Shown: one piece after another, positions 9,219-18,636 of the stretch
How the letters are laid out: every line of letters begins with the position of its first letter
Numbering within the stretch: the first letter of the stretch is position 1
Assembly (NCBI GenBank): GCA_038063995.1
Contig: JBBTUA010000006.1
Span: forward strand, 1-44,782
DNA length: 44,782 bases
DNA from: Patescibacteria group bacterium
Lineage (GTDB): Bacteria; Patescibacteriota; Minisyncoccia; 2-02-FULL-40-12
Direction of reading: 5' to 3'
Translations under genes and position numbers: made by a program
Notes under the pieces: model-generated
Databases searched by the model: none
Seen by the model: the letters and a program-made list of their open reading frames with translations, nothing else
Told to the model about the DNA's origin: nothing

Positions 9219-10517
9219 ATGACGCATCGGGAAATCAAGAATACATTTTTAGATTTTTTTAAAGACCGGGGGCATAAAATAGTGCCTTCTTCTTCGCTTA
9301 TTCCGGAAGACGAGTCTGTTCTTTTTACGACGGCGGGGATGCAGCAATTCAAGAGTTACTATTTAAATGAGGAGTCTCCTTACGGAAACAGAGCGGCTTC
9401 AATCCAAAAATGCTTGAGGACCAGCGATATTGAGGAGGTAGGCGACGAGAGCCATCTTACTTTTTTTGAAATGCTCGGGAATTTTTCTTTTAACTTTCCG
9501 CAAGGAGAAGGCTCTTACTTTAAAGAAGAAGCGATAAAAGCCGGGTATGACCTAATTGTCGGTGAATTTAAAGTTCCTTTAGAAAATGTAAAAATATCCG
9601 TTTTTAGGGGGAGTCCGGAAAATAATGTCCCTGAAGACAGAGAGTCTTTTGAGATATGGAAGTCTCTCGGGATTCCCGAAGATAAAATTTTATTCGGAAG
9701 CATAGGTGATAACTTTTGGGGGCCTACCGGAGACAAGGGGCCTTGCGGGCCGACTACCGAAATTCATATAAATGATCTTGAAGTATGGAATATAGTTTTT
9801 AATGAATATTTCTGCAATGCTTCGAGAGAAAGTCTTTTAAAAGGAGAGGCTGACTTGGTTCCTCTTCATCGAAAGGGCGTGGATACGGGAATGGGTTTGG
9901 AGCGTCTGGTAATGATTCTGCAGGGCAAAAGCAATGTTTTCGAGACAGATTTATTTATTCCGCTTATTACCGAGATAAGAGGGAAGGATTTGTACGACTA
10001 TGAGTCCAACAAAAGGTCGGAAAGAATAATTGCCGATCATTTAAAGGCCGCGGCTTTCATCATTTCAGACGGCCAGAATCCAAGTAATCTGGGAAGAGGT
10101 TATGTTTTAAGGAGGTTGATCAGGAGGATAATGAGCCATTCAAAAAAACTTAATTTGCCGGCTGATTTTTTGGAGCGGTCTTTAAAAACTTTAGGGAATA
10201 TATATGAAGAAGAATATCCGGAATTGGAAAAAAAGAGCGGCGAGATTTTGAATGTTTTTAACCAAGAGTTTGAGAAATTTGAAAAAGTACTTGATAAGGG
10301 TATAAAGGAATTTGAAAAGGGCATAGTCAAGTTCGATAAATCAATTCCGGGAGAATATGCTTTTGGATTTCAGCAAAGCGCCGGGGTCACCTTTGATATT
10401 ATGCAGGATATTGCTAAAGAATTAGGTAAAGAGATAAACAAAGAAGAATTCAAAGAAGAAGAGCAAAAACACAAGGAAGTTTCAAAAGCCAGCCAAGATA
10501 GAAAATTTAAAAGATAG
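9219..10517 (+). CDS. alaS: Alanyl-tRNA synthetase, aminoacylation and tRNA-recognition domains only
   Basis: LFTTAGMQQFK, HLTFFEMLGNFS, GPCGP, DTGMGLER, GRGYVLRRLIRR; ends at 432 aa. Confidence 0.92.
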   Translation: MTHREIKNTFLDFFKDRGHKIVPSSSLIPEDESVLFTTAGMQQFKSYYLNEESPYGNRAASIQKCLRTSDIEEVGDESHLTFFEMLGNFSFNFPQGEGSYFKEEAIKAGYDLIVGEFKVPLENVKISVFRGSPENNVPEDRESFEIWKSLGIPEDKILFGSIGDNFWGPTGDKGPCGPTTEIHINDLEVWNIVFNEYFCNASRESLLKGEADLVPLHRKGVDTGMGLERLVMILQGKSNVFETDLFIPLITEIRGKDLYDYESNKRSERIIADHLKAAAFIISDGQNPSNLGRGYVLRRLIRRIMSHSKKLNLPADFLERSLKTLGNIYEEEYPELEKKSGEILNVFNQEFEKFEKVLDKGIKEFEKGIVKFDKSIPGEYAFGFQQSAGVTFDIMQDIAKELGKEINKEEFKEEEQKHKEVSKASQDRKFKR

Positions 10518-10533
10518 CTTTCATCGCAAAAAT

Positions 10534-12066
10534 ATGCAGATAATCAACATCGCTTCAGGCGATAATTTCGAAGATATATTTGAATCCGTTGAAAAATCCA
10601 AGTCGGATAGTTTAATTTTGGTGGTTCCCAAATCGAACCGGGTTTTTAAAAATAAAAACAAAGTGGAAAAGCTCAAGGCCGCTTTTGATGATCTTAAAAA
10701 AAAGATTTCCATAATTTCTTCGGGGCAGGAGATTGTCAAAAACGCGAGTTTAGCCGGATTCAATATTTTGCACGAAGCGGCTAAAGCGGCAAAGAAAAAA
10801 GACGACGCGATTTCTGCTTTTTATGAAGATTCTCCAACTCCGCCCTTTGAAGAACAAGCCTCCACTGAAGCAGATCTAGCCGCTTATCGAAAGAAAACCC
10901 CGATAAAAATTAAAAAATCTTTAAAGAGCGAGGCAGAAACAAAAAAGTTTTTTTTCATTTTGCTTGGCTCGGCCATCGTCCTTTTCATTTTGATCATAGC
11001 CGCTTCTTTAAGTAAGGCGAATGTAAAAATAATTCCCCGCAAAAGCGATTTTTCAATAGATATTCCGATTACGATCTCGGATCAGGTAAGCCAAAGCGAT
11101 GCGGTTTATGGAATTATCCCTGGTAAATGGATCGAAGCCGAGAAAAACTTTTCAAAAACATTTGCTTCAACTTCTGAAAAAAATGTATTTCAGAAAGCCA
11201 GGGGGAAAGTTACCATTTATAACAATTTCAGCACCTTGCCTCAGTCGCTTGTCGCCTCTACAAGGCTTCAGACTTCCGAAGGCTTTGTTTTCAGGATTGT
11301 TTATTCCCTTACCGTGCCTGGCATCTCAAAAGCAGATGGTAAGACTAGACCGGGTCAAGTGGAAGTTGAAGTTGCGGCGGATCGAGCCGGGGATGAATAC
11401 AATATTGAGCCTTCTGATTTTAGGATTCCGGGGTTTCTGGGCACTCCCAAGTACAAGGGTTTTTATGCCGAATCCTTTGAGAAATTTTCCGGCGGATTTA
11501 CCGGCCTTTCTAATTTTGTAAGCAAAGAACAACTGGAAAAAGCAGAAGAGGATGCGCGAAAAGAAGCCGAGGCGGCGATTCGAGCAGAACTGGTCTCTTT
11601 GGTAAATTTGAAACTCCTTGGCGGGGCCGCGGATATTCAATTCGAAAAAACAAACGATTCGGTTAAAGTCGGGGACTTGGGCAAAGAATTCAAGGTAAGT
11701 TATAAAGTAAAAGCCGCGGCAGTGGCTTTTGACGAAGCAGATATTTCCAGCTTCATTTCCCAATATGTTAAAAATTCGCAAAATATCCTCGTGATTAAAG
11801 ATGGTCTGTTTATCGTCTATAATCAGCCTGCTTTGAATAAAGATAAAAAAGAGCTTTCTTTAAAATTGGCCGCTTCCGGCAAGACAATTCTGAATATCGA
11901 TAAAAACCGGCTGGCTTTGGAGATAAGCGGCAAAAAAAAGGTTGACGCGGATGCTTACCTTGATAATTTAAACGGGATCGAATCTGCCGAAATTTTGTCT
12001 CCGTTTTGGCTTAGGAAAATACCAAAAAACCGTGATAAGATAGATATTGAAATTGTGGTGAAATAA
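10534..12066 (+). CDS. Membrane-anchored protein with a baseplate-J-like beta region
   Basis: Single TM near aa 140-160; ARGKVTIYN, VAADRAGDEYNI motifs. Confidence 0.55.
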   Translation: MQIINIASGDNFEDIFESVEKSKSDSLILVVPKSNRVFKNKNKVEKLKAAFDDLKKKISIISSGQEIVKNASLAGFNILHEAAKAAKKKDDAISAFYEDSPTPPFEEQASTEADLAAYRKKTPIKIKKSLKSEAETKKFFFILLGSAIVLFILIIAASLSKANVKIIPRKSDFSIDIPITISDQVSQSDAVYGIIPGKWIEAEKNFSKTFASTSEKNVFQKARGKVTIYNNFSTLPQSLVASTRLQTSEGFVFRIVYSLTVPGISKADGKTRPGQVEVEVAADRAGDEYNIEPSDFRIPGFLGTPKYKGFYAESFEKFSGGFTGLSNFVSKEQLEKAEEDARKEAEAAIRAELVSLVNLKLLGGAADIQFEKTNDSVKVGDLGKEFKVSYKVKAAAVAFDEADISSFISQYVKNSQNILVIKDGLFIVYNQPALNKDKKELSLKLAASGKTILNIDKNRLALEISGKKKVDADAYLDNLNGIESAEILSPFWLRKIPKNRDKIDIEIVVK

Positions 12067-12111
12067 AAACTTGTCTTTTTTAACAAAATATAATAGAATA
12101 TACTAGGTTAA

Positions 12112-12324
12112 TTGAACAATAAAGAGAAAAACATAAAACAAGGAGTAGTCACTGAAAGCCTGCCCAACGCCTACTTTAGAGTAAAATTCGAGGACGGGAA
12201 GTTGACTTTAGCCCATATTTCAGGAAAGATGCGGCTTTTTTATATCAAAGTAATGATAGGAGACAGAGTTTTGGTTGAATTGAGTCCTGACGGCGAGAGA
12301 GGGAGGATAGTGAAAAGACTGTGA
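12112..12324 (+). CDS. infA: Translation initiation factor IF-1
   Basis: [32 protein letters not shown]. Confidence 0.95.
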   Translation: MNNKEKNIKQGVVTESLPNAYFRVKFEDGKLTLAHISGKMRLFYIKVMIGDRVLVELSPDGERGRIVKRL

Positions 12325-12434
12325 GGGTACAATCATCTATAAAAAAAATGTGCAGAAATTGCAAGATCGTTCGGAGAAAAAGACGTCTGTATTGCATTTG
12401 CAGAAATCCTAAACATAAACAAAGGCAAAAATAA
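12321..12434 (+). CDS. rpmJ: 50S ribosomal protein L36 (absent from the ORF track)
   Basis: GTG start, [37 protein letters not shown], Zn-ribbon type, expected position between infA and rpsM. Confidence 0.95.
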   Translation: MRVQSSIKKMCRNCKIVRRKRRLYCICRNPKHKQRQK

Positions 12435-12820
12435 TGGCGCGTATCAGCGGGGTTAATATCCCAGACAATAAAAAAATAGAGATAGCTTTAACCTATATTT
12501 ACGGAGTAGGGCCGTCTTTAAGCAAGATGGTTTTGAAAACAACCGGGATCAATCCGGTAAAAAAGGCAAAGGAATTGACTGCCGATGAAGTAAATAAAAT
12601 CCAAAATGTTATAGAAAAGAATTACAGAGTCGAAGGTGAGCTGCGGAGAGAAGTTTTGGGAAATATTAAGAGATTAAAAGAAATTGCCGCTTGGCGGGGG
12701 ACGAGGCACGCGAGGAAGCTGCCGATTCATGGCCGAAGCAAGACTAATTCGAGAACTTTGCGAGGCAACCTTAGGAAGACAATGGGTTCTGGAAGGAGGC
12801 CGCCGGCAATGCCGACTTAA
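12434..12820 (+). CDS. rpsM: 30S ribosomal protein S13
   Basis: [30 protein letters not shown]. Confidence 0.97.
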   Translation: MARISGVNIPDNKKIEIALTYIYGVGPSLSKMVLKTTGINPVKKAKELTADEVNKIQNVIEKNYRVEGELRREVLGNIKRLKEIAAWRGTRHARKLPIHGRSKTNSRTLRGNLRKTMGSGRRPPAMPT

Positions 12821-13263
12821 TGGGTAAAAAACGTATTATAAGCAAATCCGGAGAAGAAACTTTGACCGTTGAGAAAGGGGTTGAGGTTAAGATTTCAAAA
12901 AAACCGATTAAAAAACAGGTTATCAAAGGTAATGTTTATATAAACGCAAGTTTTAACAACACCATTGTCACCGTTACCGACGAAAGCGGAAAGGTAATAG
13001 CTTGGGCTTCTGCCGGCAATTTGGGATTTAAAGGCACCAGAAAATCAACTCCTTTTGCTGCGACTTTGGTTGGGAAAGCGGCGGCCGAAAAAGCAAAAAG
13101 GTTTGGTTTTACCGAAGCCGAGATTTATGTAAAGGGAGTCGGGCCAGGAAGAGAGGCGGCTATTCGAGGATTATCTGCAGCAGGACTTGATATTAAAGCA
13201 ATAATTGATAATATGCCTATTCCGCATGGCGGAGTGAAGGCGCCAAAACCCCGCAGAGTTTAA
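12820..13263 (+). CDS. rpsK: 30S ribosomal protein S11
   Basis: ASFNNTIVT, KSTPFAA, GPGRE, PIPHGG. Confidence 0.97.
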   Translation: MGKKRIISKSGEETLTVEKGVEVKISKKPIKKQVIKGNVYINASFNNTIVTVTDESGKVIAWASAGNLGFKGTRKSTPFAATLVGKAAAEKAKRFGFTEAEIYVKGVGPGREAAIRGLSAAGLDIKAIIDNMPIPHGGVKAPKPRRV

Positions 13264-13275
13264 ATATATCAAAGT

Positions 13276-13914
13276 ATGGCACGTTATATTGGTCCAAAAG
13301 AAAGAATAGAGAGAAGAATCGGAGAAAAGCTTTTTTTGAAAGGCGAACGTTCGTATTCCCAAAAGGCCGCCACGGTAAGAAAGCCTTATCCGCCCGGAGT
13401 GCACGGCAGAAAAGGGAAAAGCAGAAAATTTTCAGAATACGGATTTCAGCTTGTTTCAAAACAAAAAATCAGGGCCATTTACAAAGTATTGGAAAGGCAG
13501 TTCAGGAAATATGTGGATGAAGCTTTGAAAGCCAGGGGGGATAGCGGCGAAGTCCTTGTCCAGACTCTTGAGAGACGTCTTGATAATGTGGTTTTTAGAA
13601 TGGGTTTTACTGATGCTCGGGATTCGGCCAGACAGCTTGTAAACCACGGCCATTTTCTGGTGAATGATAAGCCCACAAATATCCCGTCTTTCAGGGTTAA
13701 GGTCGGAGACGAAATAAAAATAAAACCGCAGAATTTGAAAAATAAGTATTTTTCTTCTTTCCTGCCCAAATTCCTTAAAAAATACCAGCCGCCAAGCTGG
13801 CTTACCGTCGATAAGGATATTTTAATGGGCAAGGTTAAGAATTTGCCTAATTTGCAAGAGAGCGGAGTCGAACATAAAGATATTCAGGCAATAATCGAAT
13901 TTTATTCAAGATAA
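13276..13914 (+). CDS. rpsD: 30S ribosomal protein S4
   Basis: MARYIGP, LERRLDNVVFR, ARQLVNHGH, IIEFYSR. Confidence 0.97.
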   Translation: MARYIGPKERIERRIGEKLFLKGERSYSQKAATVRKPYPPGVHGRKGKSRKFSEYGFQLVSKQKIRAIYKVLERQFRKYVDEALKARGDSGEVLVQTLERRLDNVVFRMGFTDARDSARQLVNHGHFLVNDKPTNIPSFRVKVGDEIKIKPQNLKNKYFSSFLPKFLKKYQPPSWLTVDKDILMGKVKNLPNLQESGVEHKDIQAIIEFYSR

Positions 13915-13923
13915 TCTAATTCT

Positions 13924-14697
13924 ATGAATATATTAGTTGGAGATTTAAAACTAGTTGGAGAAGAAAAAAACCGGGCGACTTTTGAAATAAGTCCGCTTTA
14001 CACCGGTTATGGAACCACAATAGGAAATTCGTTGAGGCGGGTTTTGCTTTCTTCAATGGCCGGAGCCGCCGCCGTTAAAATTAAAATAGACGGGGTGCCC
14101 CACGAATTTACGAGCATTCCCGGAGTTTTGGAGGATGTAGTTGATGTTATTCTTAATTTAAAGAAAGTAAGGTTTAAGGTGTCTGGAGTTGATTCGGCCA
14201 AAGTGGTTTTGAACGTTAAGGGAGAAAAAGAAGTGAAGGCCGGCGATTTTAAGCTTCCAACCGGCGTAGAAGTAGTTAATCCCGGTCAGTTGATTATGAC
14301 CATTACCGATAAAAAGGCTGAAATTAATATGGAAGTGGAAGTGGAAAGAGGAATCGGCTATGTGCCGGTTGAACAGAGGCAAAAGGAAAAACTTTCGGTC
14401 GGGGAAATAGCCATTGACGCGATTTTCAGCCCCGTGAAAAATGTTACCTTCCGGGTTGAAAATATCAGAGTAGGGGACAGGACCGACTATAACAAACTTT
14501 TTATCGAAATAGAGACTGACGGCAGCGTTTCAGCCAGCGAAGTTCTGAAAAAAGCAGCCGGTATTTTGGTTGAGCAGTTTAAAACTGTCGGGGAATCCGA
14601 TCTTTTAGAAAGAAAAGCACCGGTTTTTGAAGGCGAAGCAGAAGGAGAAGAAGAAAAACCAAAAAAGAAAAGAGGAAGACCGCGGAAAAGTAGTTAG
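13924..14697 (+). CDS. rpoA: RNA polymerase alpha subunit lacking the alpha-CTD
   Basis: GYGTTIGNSLRRVLLSS, HEF, IDAIFSPV, IETDG. 257 aa, ending EEEKPKKKRGRPRKSS. Confidence 0.95.
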   Translation: MNILVGDLKLVGEEKNRATFEISPLYTGYGTTIGNSLRRVLLSSMAGAAAVKIKIDGVPHEFTSIPGVLEDVVDVILNLKKVRFKVSGVDSAKVVLNVKGEKEVKAGDFKLPTGVEVVNPGQLIMTITDKKAEINMEVEVERGIGYVPVEQRQKEKLSVGEIAIDAIFSPVKNVTFRVENIRVGDRTDYNKLFIEIETDGSVSASEVLKKAAGILVEQFKTVGESDLLERKAPVFEGEAEGEEEKPKKKRGRPRKSS

Positions 14698-14721
14698 AAT
14701 TTAGAATTTAGAACTTAGAAC
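14694..14721 (+). repeat. Heptamer tandem repeat (TTAGAAY)x4
   Basis: TTAGAAT TTAGAAT TTAGAAC TTAGAAC, including the rpoA stop. Confidence 0.85.
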
Positions 14722-14735
14722 CAGAGAAAGAAATT

Positions 14736-15083
14736 ATGCGAAAAAGGAAGAAAGGAAAAAAATTCGGGAGAGTCAGAGAACAAAGAAAAGCTTTAATGAA
14801 AAGCCTGGCTTCTTCCTTGATTCTTCATAAGAAAATACGGACGACCGAAACAAAAGCCAAAGAATTGAGGCGGTTTATAGAGCCCCTGATAACAAAGGCT
14901 AAAATCGGAGATTTGCATAAAGTGAGGCTGGTAAGAAAGTATTTATCTGATGAAATAACCAAGAAATTATTCAGTGAGATAGCTCCGCTATATAAAGAAA
15001 GAGCCGGCGGTTATACGAGAATAACTAAAATACCTAGCCGGGATTCTGACGGGGCAAAGATGTCGCAGATCGAATTAGTATGA
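14736..15083 (+). CDS. rplQ: 50S ribosomal protein L17
   Basis: IRTTETKAKELR, GGYTRI, RDSDGAKM. Confidence 0.96.
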   Translation: MRKRKKGKKFGRVREQRKALMKSLASSLILHKKIRTTETKAKELRRFIEPLITKAKIGDLHKVRLVRKYLSDEITKKLFSEIAPLYKERAGGYTRITKIPSRDSDGAKMSQIELV

Positions 15084-15424
15084 TTCACAAAATGGATGCC
15101 ACAGACCAGTCGCTTGGAAGATTAGCTTCAAAAATAGCTTTGATTTTGCGCGGCAAAAATAAGCCTGATTTTGAACCTAATATTCTTGCCGATGAAAAGG
15201 TTGTCGTGGAAAATATAGAAAAAATTAAAATAACGGGACGGAAGCTGGAGCAGAAAAAATATTATCACTATTCGGGGTATCCGGGCGGGCTTAGAACAAA
15301 AACAATGAAAGATATTTTCCGGAAAGATCCGAAGGAAGTATTAAGATTGGCAGTTTTAGGGATGCTGCCTAAAAACCGGTTAAGAAAGGGGATGATAAAA
15401 AATCTTCAATTTAAATATAAGTAA
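15080..15424 (+). CDS. rplM: 50S ribosomal protein L13 (short form)
   Basis: LGRLASKIA, LRGKNKP, YSGYPGG, GMLPKN. Confidence 0.95.
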   Translation: MIHKMDATDQSLGRLASKIALILRGKNKPDFEPNILADEKVVVENIEKIKITGRKLEQKKYYHYSGYPGGLRTKTMKDIFRKDPKEVLRLAVLGMLPKNRLRKGMIKNLQFKYK

Positions 15425-15900
15425 TGGCTAAAAAAACTTCAAAAACTCAAGCAAAAGCTTCGGTAAAAGCTCCGGCTGAAGATAAGGAAAGATATCTAGA
15501 AGCGGTGGGCCGGAGAAAAGAATCAGTTGCCCGAGTCAGGCTTTTTACCAAAAAAACCGGAGACAAGTTTCCTGAAAATAAGGGTTTGATTTCGATCAAT
15601 CAAAAGCCATATCAAGAGTATTTCAGAGATTTATTTCTTCAAAATACTATTGAAGAGCCTTTAAGAAAATTAAAGTCGCTGGATCGGTTCAAAGGTTCAA
15701 TAAAAGTTCAGGGCGGGGGGCTAACCGGTCAGGCTGAAGCGATTCGGCTTGGGATTTCGCGGGCTTTAGTTTTGTTTGATTCCAACTACCGTAAGAAACT
15801 CAAAAAATTCGGCTATCTGACTCAAGACGCCAGAGAAAAAGAAAGGCGCAAATACGGTCTAAAGAAAGCGCGCAAAGCGCCGCAGTGGGCGAAACGCTAA
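15424..15900 (+). CDS. rpsI: 30S ribosomal protein S9
   Basis: GRRKESVARV, GGGLTGQAEAIR, ERRKYGLKKARKAPQWAKR. Confidence 0.97.
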   Translation: MAKKTSKTQAKASVKAPAEDKERYLEAVGRRKESVARVRLFTKKTGDKFPENKGLISINQKPYQEYFRDLFLQNTIEEPLRKLKSLDRFKGSIKVQGGGLTGQAEAIRLGISRALVLFDSNYRKKLKKFGYLTQDAREKERRKYGLKKARKAPQWAKR

Positions 15901-15975
15901 ACGAGCGCTTCAGTGCTTGACATAAAATAAGCTTTCTACAATCATTATCGTATTGCTCTTTCTAGGAGGTAGTAT

Positions 15976-16206
15976 ATGAGTCCAACAGCCGCGTTGCTCG
16001 AAGAGGAAGTCGCTCTTCAGGAGATTTTGGCGCCGCCGGTCGCGCCGCCGATGTCGCCGATCGAGAAGCTTCGGCTTCTCGAAAAGAAAGCCCTGGAAAA
16101 GGGGATTTCGAGAGAGGTTTTCGAAGACATCAAAAACATCGGCGACTGCTCGGTCCAAGTCCAGTCGCGCATCGCCAATCTCGAGGACTGGCTCGCAATC
16201 TACTAG
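15976..16206 (+). CDS. Small hypothetical protein
   Basis: AGGAGG SD upstream, GC-richer codon usage than neighbours, terminator downstream. Confidence 0.65.
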   Translation: MSPTAALLEEEVALQEILAPPVAPPMSPIEKLRLLEKKALEKGISREVFEDIKNIGDCSVQVQSRIANLEDWLAIY

Positions 16207-16227
16207 TCGTCGGCCTCCCCGGTCCCG

Positions 16228-16267
16228 GCCGCTTGGGATTTCCTGAATCTCAAGCGGCTTTCTTTTT
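16228..16267 (+). terminator. Intrinsic terminator
   Basis: GCCGCTTGGGATT...AATCTCAAGCGGC followed by a T-rich run. Confidence 0.7.
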
Positions 16268-16272
16268 AACTG

Positions 16273-16312
16273 AAAAGAGCCATAACTCGATTACTATAAG
16301 TTATGGCTCTTT
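16273..16312 (-). terminator. Hairpin/terminator overlapping the stop of the minus-strand ORF
   Basis: AAAGAGCCATAACT...AGTTATGGCTCTTT inverted repeat. Confidence 0.55.
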
Positions 16313-16855
16313 GCTTGCCCCGTAGGGTCCGCCTTGGCGGACTCCTTCGGGGTTTTTGGCGAGGTTCAGCAGGAACTGGTTTTCTCGGAAAGTTCTGCTT
16401 AGATCGCGACAGCATCTGGTCCATAGAGGGAAGTGTAAGGCCATCAGTCTGAAAAGTACCTTTCTGTTTGCGTCTTTTGTATGATTGTGGGCCTCTTCAT
16501 AGAAAGAGCTTCCCAGAGAATCGAAGAAGCGTAGGTTATGCCTTCGTTTCATCTGGTCACCGAAGAATCCGGCAAAGAACAAACTCTGGGCGCCCGCTGT
16601 TTCCAACATCTGGCTATCTGTCGGCCCGGCTTGGTCCAAAACTAAATCGAAGACTTCGGAAAGATTGGCCAGAGCAGGCATTTTATCGCTTTCATAGCGC
16701 GATGTCTGGGCATAATGGGACAGGATACCCGCGACATATATTGTTTCTTTTTGGGTAAGGTTTCTTCCTGCCGGGATGAGGTCAATCAGCCCTGTTAAAA
16801 AAAATCGGAGGGTTTGAATCTGATTTACGCCATAAAGCTCTGTGAATGTGCTCAT
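16301..16855 (-). CDS. Hypothetical helical protein
   Basis: 184-aa ORF with GGGAGG SD; C-terminus NPEGVRQGGPYGAS is palindrome-derived. Confidence 0.7.
   Translation of the reverse strand: MSTFTELYGVNQIQTLRFFLTGLIDLIPAGRNLTQKETIYVAGILSHYAQTSRYESDKMPALANLSEVFDLVLDQAGPTDSQMLETAGAQSLFFAGFFGDQMKRRHNLRFFDSLGSSFYEEAHNHTKDANRKVLFRLMALHFPLWTRCCRDLSRTFRENQFLLNLAKNPEGVRQGGPYGASKEP
16318..16352. mobile_element. 35-bp palindromic element with CCCCGTA...TTCGGGG termini inside the ORF 3' end
   Basis: CCCCGTAGGGTCCGCCTTGGCGGACTCCTTCGGGG; same termini as 4826-4875; no clean target duplication. Confidence 0.65.
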
Positions 16856-16986
16856 TTGTCCTCCCTTAATGGTATTCTAGATTTTTAATCTTAATCATCA
16901 AGTGGATATTTATAGTTTTTCCAAACGGCTCACTGGGTTGAGCCGTTGAGTTTTTCGGGGGAATTTGGCATGATTTAGATGAATTT

Positions 16987-17799
16987 ATGGATAAAAAAAT
17001 TAATGATCTCAATTTAAACGACTGGAAAGAGTATAAAGATATTCTAACTGATAGTTTATGGCTGATTAGTGAACGCGATAAATCAGGCGCTCACAATAAT
17101 GTTTATCATGGCAATTTCATTCCGCAAATTCCGAACCAGATGATGCGGAGATTTACCAAAAAAGGGGATGTTGTTTTAGACGTTTTCTTGGGTAACGGTA
17201 CAACGCTTATTGAATCAAAAAGATTAGGAAGACACGGTATAGGAATTGAGTTAATACCGGAAGTAGCGCGATCGGCAATTAGAAATATAAGTTTAGAATT
17301 TCCAAATGGTAAAGTTTCTGCAGAAGTTATTGTCGCGGATAGCACAAAAAAAGAAACACATGGGAAAGTTATAGAAGCGCTTAAAAAGGTTAATAGAAAA
17401 AGTGTTCAATTAATTATTTTGCATCCTCCATATCACGATATAATAAGATTTAGTAATCGAAAAGAAGATTTATGCAATACGGCAACGGTTGAAGAATTTA
17501 CTTCAAAATTTGGCGATGTAATAGAAAATTTTATAGATTTACTAGATCGTAATAGATATTTAACTGTTGTTGTTGGTGATAAATATACAAATAGTGAATG
17601 GGTGCCTCTTGGTTTTTATCTTATGCAAGAAACATTAAAGCGTGGCGGACAGAGATTGAAGCTTAAAAGTATTTTAGTAAAAAATATGGTAAATAATCGT
17701 GCGAAATTAAATCAGGAGCATTTATGGCGTTATCGGGCGCTTGTAGGAGGATTTTATATTTTTAAGCATGAATACATTTTGGTTTTTAAAAAAGTTTAA
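16987..17799 (+). CDS. Amino (N4-C/N6-A) DNA methyltransferase
   Basis: YHGNFIPQIP, motif I DVFLGNGTT, motif IV variant LHPPY, HEYILVFKK. Confidence 0.85.
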   Translation: MDKKINDLNLNDWKEYKDILTDSLWLISERDKSGAHNNVYHGNFIPQIPNQMMRRFTKKGDVVLDVFLGNGTTLIESKRLGRHGIGIELIPEVARSAIRNISLEFPNGKVSAEVIVADSTKKETHGKVIEALKKVNRKSVQLIILHPPYHDIIRFSNRKEDLCNTATVEEFTSKFGDVIENFIDLLDRNRYLTVVVGDKYTNSEWVPLGFYLMQETLKRGGQRLKLKSILVKNMVNNRAKLNQEHLWRYRALVGGFYIFKHEYILVFKKV

Positions 17800-17801
17800 T
17801 T

Positions 17802-18626
17802 ATGCTAGTTAGTGAAAAAGAACTTATAAATTTAAAGTTAAAAGGAGTTAAGGCCGAACACTTAAAAGAGCTTGCGGTAAGTTTAAGCGTTGAATCAAGA
17901 GGTAGCGCAGGTGGCCTTATAAAAAAACTTATAGATTTTCCTCAAGATAAAGTTGACTTTTTTATTAAAAGAAAATATCAGTCACAAGTTGAAGAACGGC
18001 AAAAACTAATTTCTAATAATGAACTTATTAAAGAAGTTGGAAAAGTTACTAACTTTAATTGGGGCGTTGTACAAGGGCAACTGGATCAAAAAATTCAAGC
18101 CGAATACGTTAGAAAGTTTTTTCGTTATAAAGAGTTAATAAACGGTGTTAAAAGCAAACTGTTTAATGATATAACTTCTTACGTTATAGCAACTTGGTAT
18201 AATCATTGGACAACTATTTTAATAGAAGATCATATTAGTTTACATCCAAAAGTCGTTCCTACGCTTAAAAATAAATTCGGCATTGATATTTTCTTTGACG
18301 GCCAACCTTTTGATTTAAAGACAACTTATCTTCCGCGCGGTTATTCTATTGAAGAAGCAATTAGAAATCCACAAGAGTTAGCAATTTGGATGTATGAAAA
18401 TCAGGGTGCGCAACGTTTTGGTTCTGATAATCGTTTTTTTGTAATTCTTGCTGATAAGAAAAATTTAGATCAAAGCTGGAAGTTAAAAAGAGATTTTAAA
18501 TTTGTTTTTGGAAAAATTGACCGATTTTTCAACGAGGCAAAAGTTTCAGCAAAAGACGAATTAGTCTTTACTTTTAAAGGTAAAAGCTATACTACCATAT
18601 CTAAAATTTTAATAATTACAAAATAA
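17802..18626 (+). CDS. Putative type II restriction endonuclease
   Basis: Starts 2 bp after the MTase, AT-rich, PD-(D/E)xK-like IDIFFDGQPFDLKTT. Confidence 0.65.
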   Translation: MLVSEKELINLKLKGVKAEHLKELAVSLSVESRGSAGGLIKKLIDFPQDKVDFFIKRKYQSQVEERQKLISNNELIKEVGKVTNFNWGVVQGQLDQKIQAEYVRKFFRYKELINGVKSKLFNDITSYVIATWYNHWTTILIEDHISLHPKVVPTLKNKFGIDIFFDGQPFDLKTTYLPRGYSIEEAIRNPQELAIWMYENQGAQRFGSDNRFFVILADKKNLDQSWKLKRDFKFVFGKIDRFFNEAKVSAKDELVFTFKGKSYTTISKILIITK

Positions 18627-18636
18627 AAAATCTAAA

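Noticed and set aside
10515-10570. Frameshifted or read-through continuation of alaS
   Set aside because: The downstream sequence shows no editing-domain motifs and an unrelated gene starts at 10534.
15451-15480. Possible decayed palindromic insert in the S9 N-terminus (AKASVKAPA)
   Set aside because: Weak symmetry and no second copy in the window.
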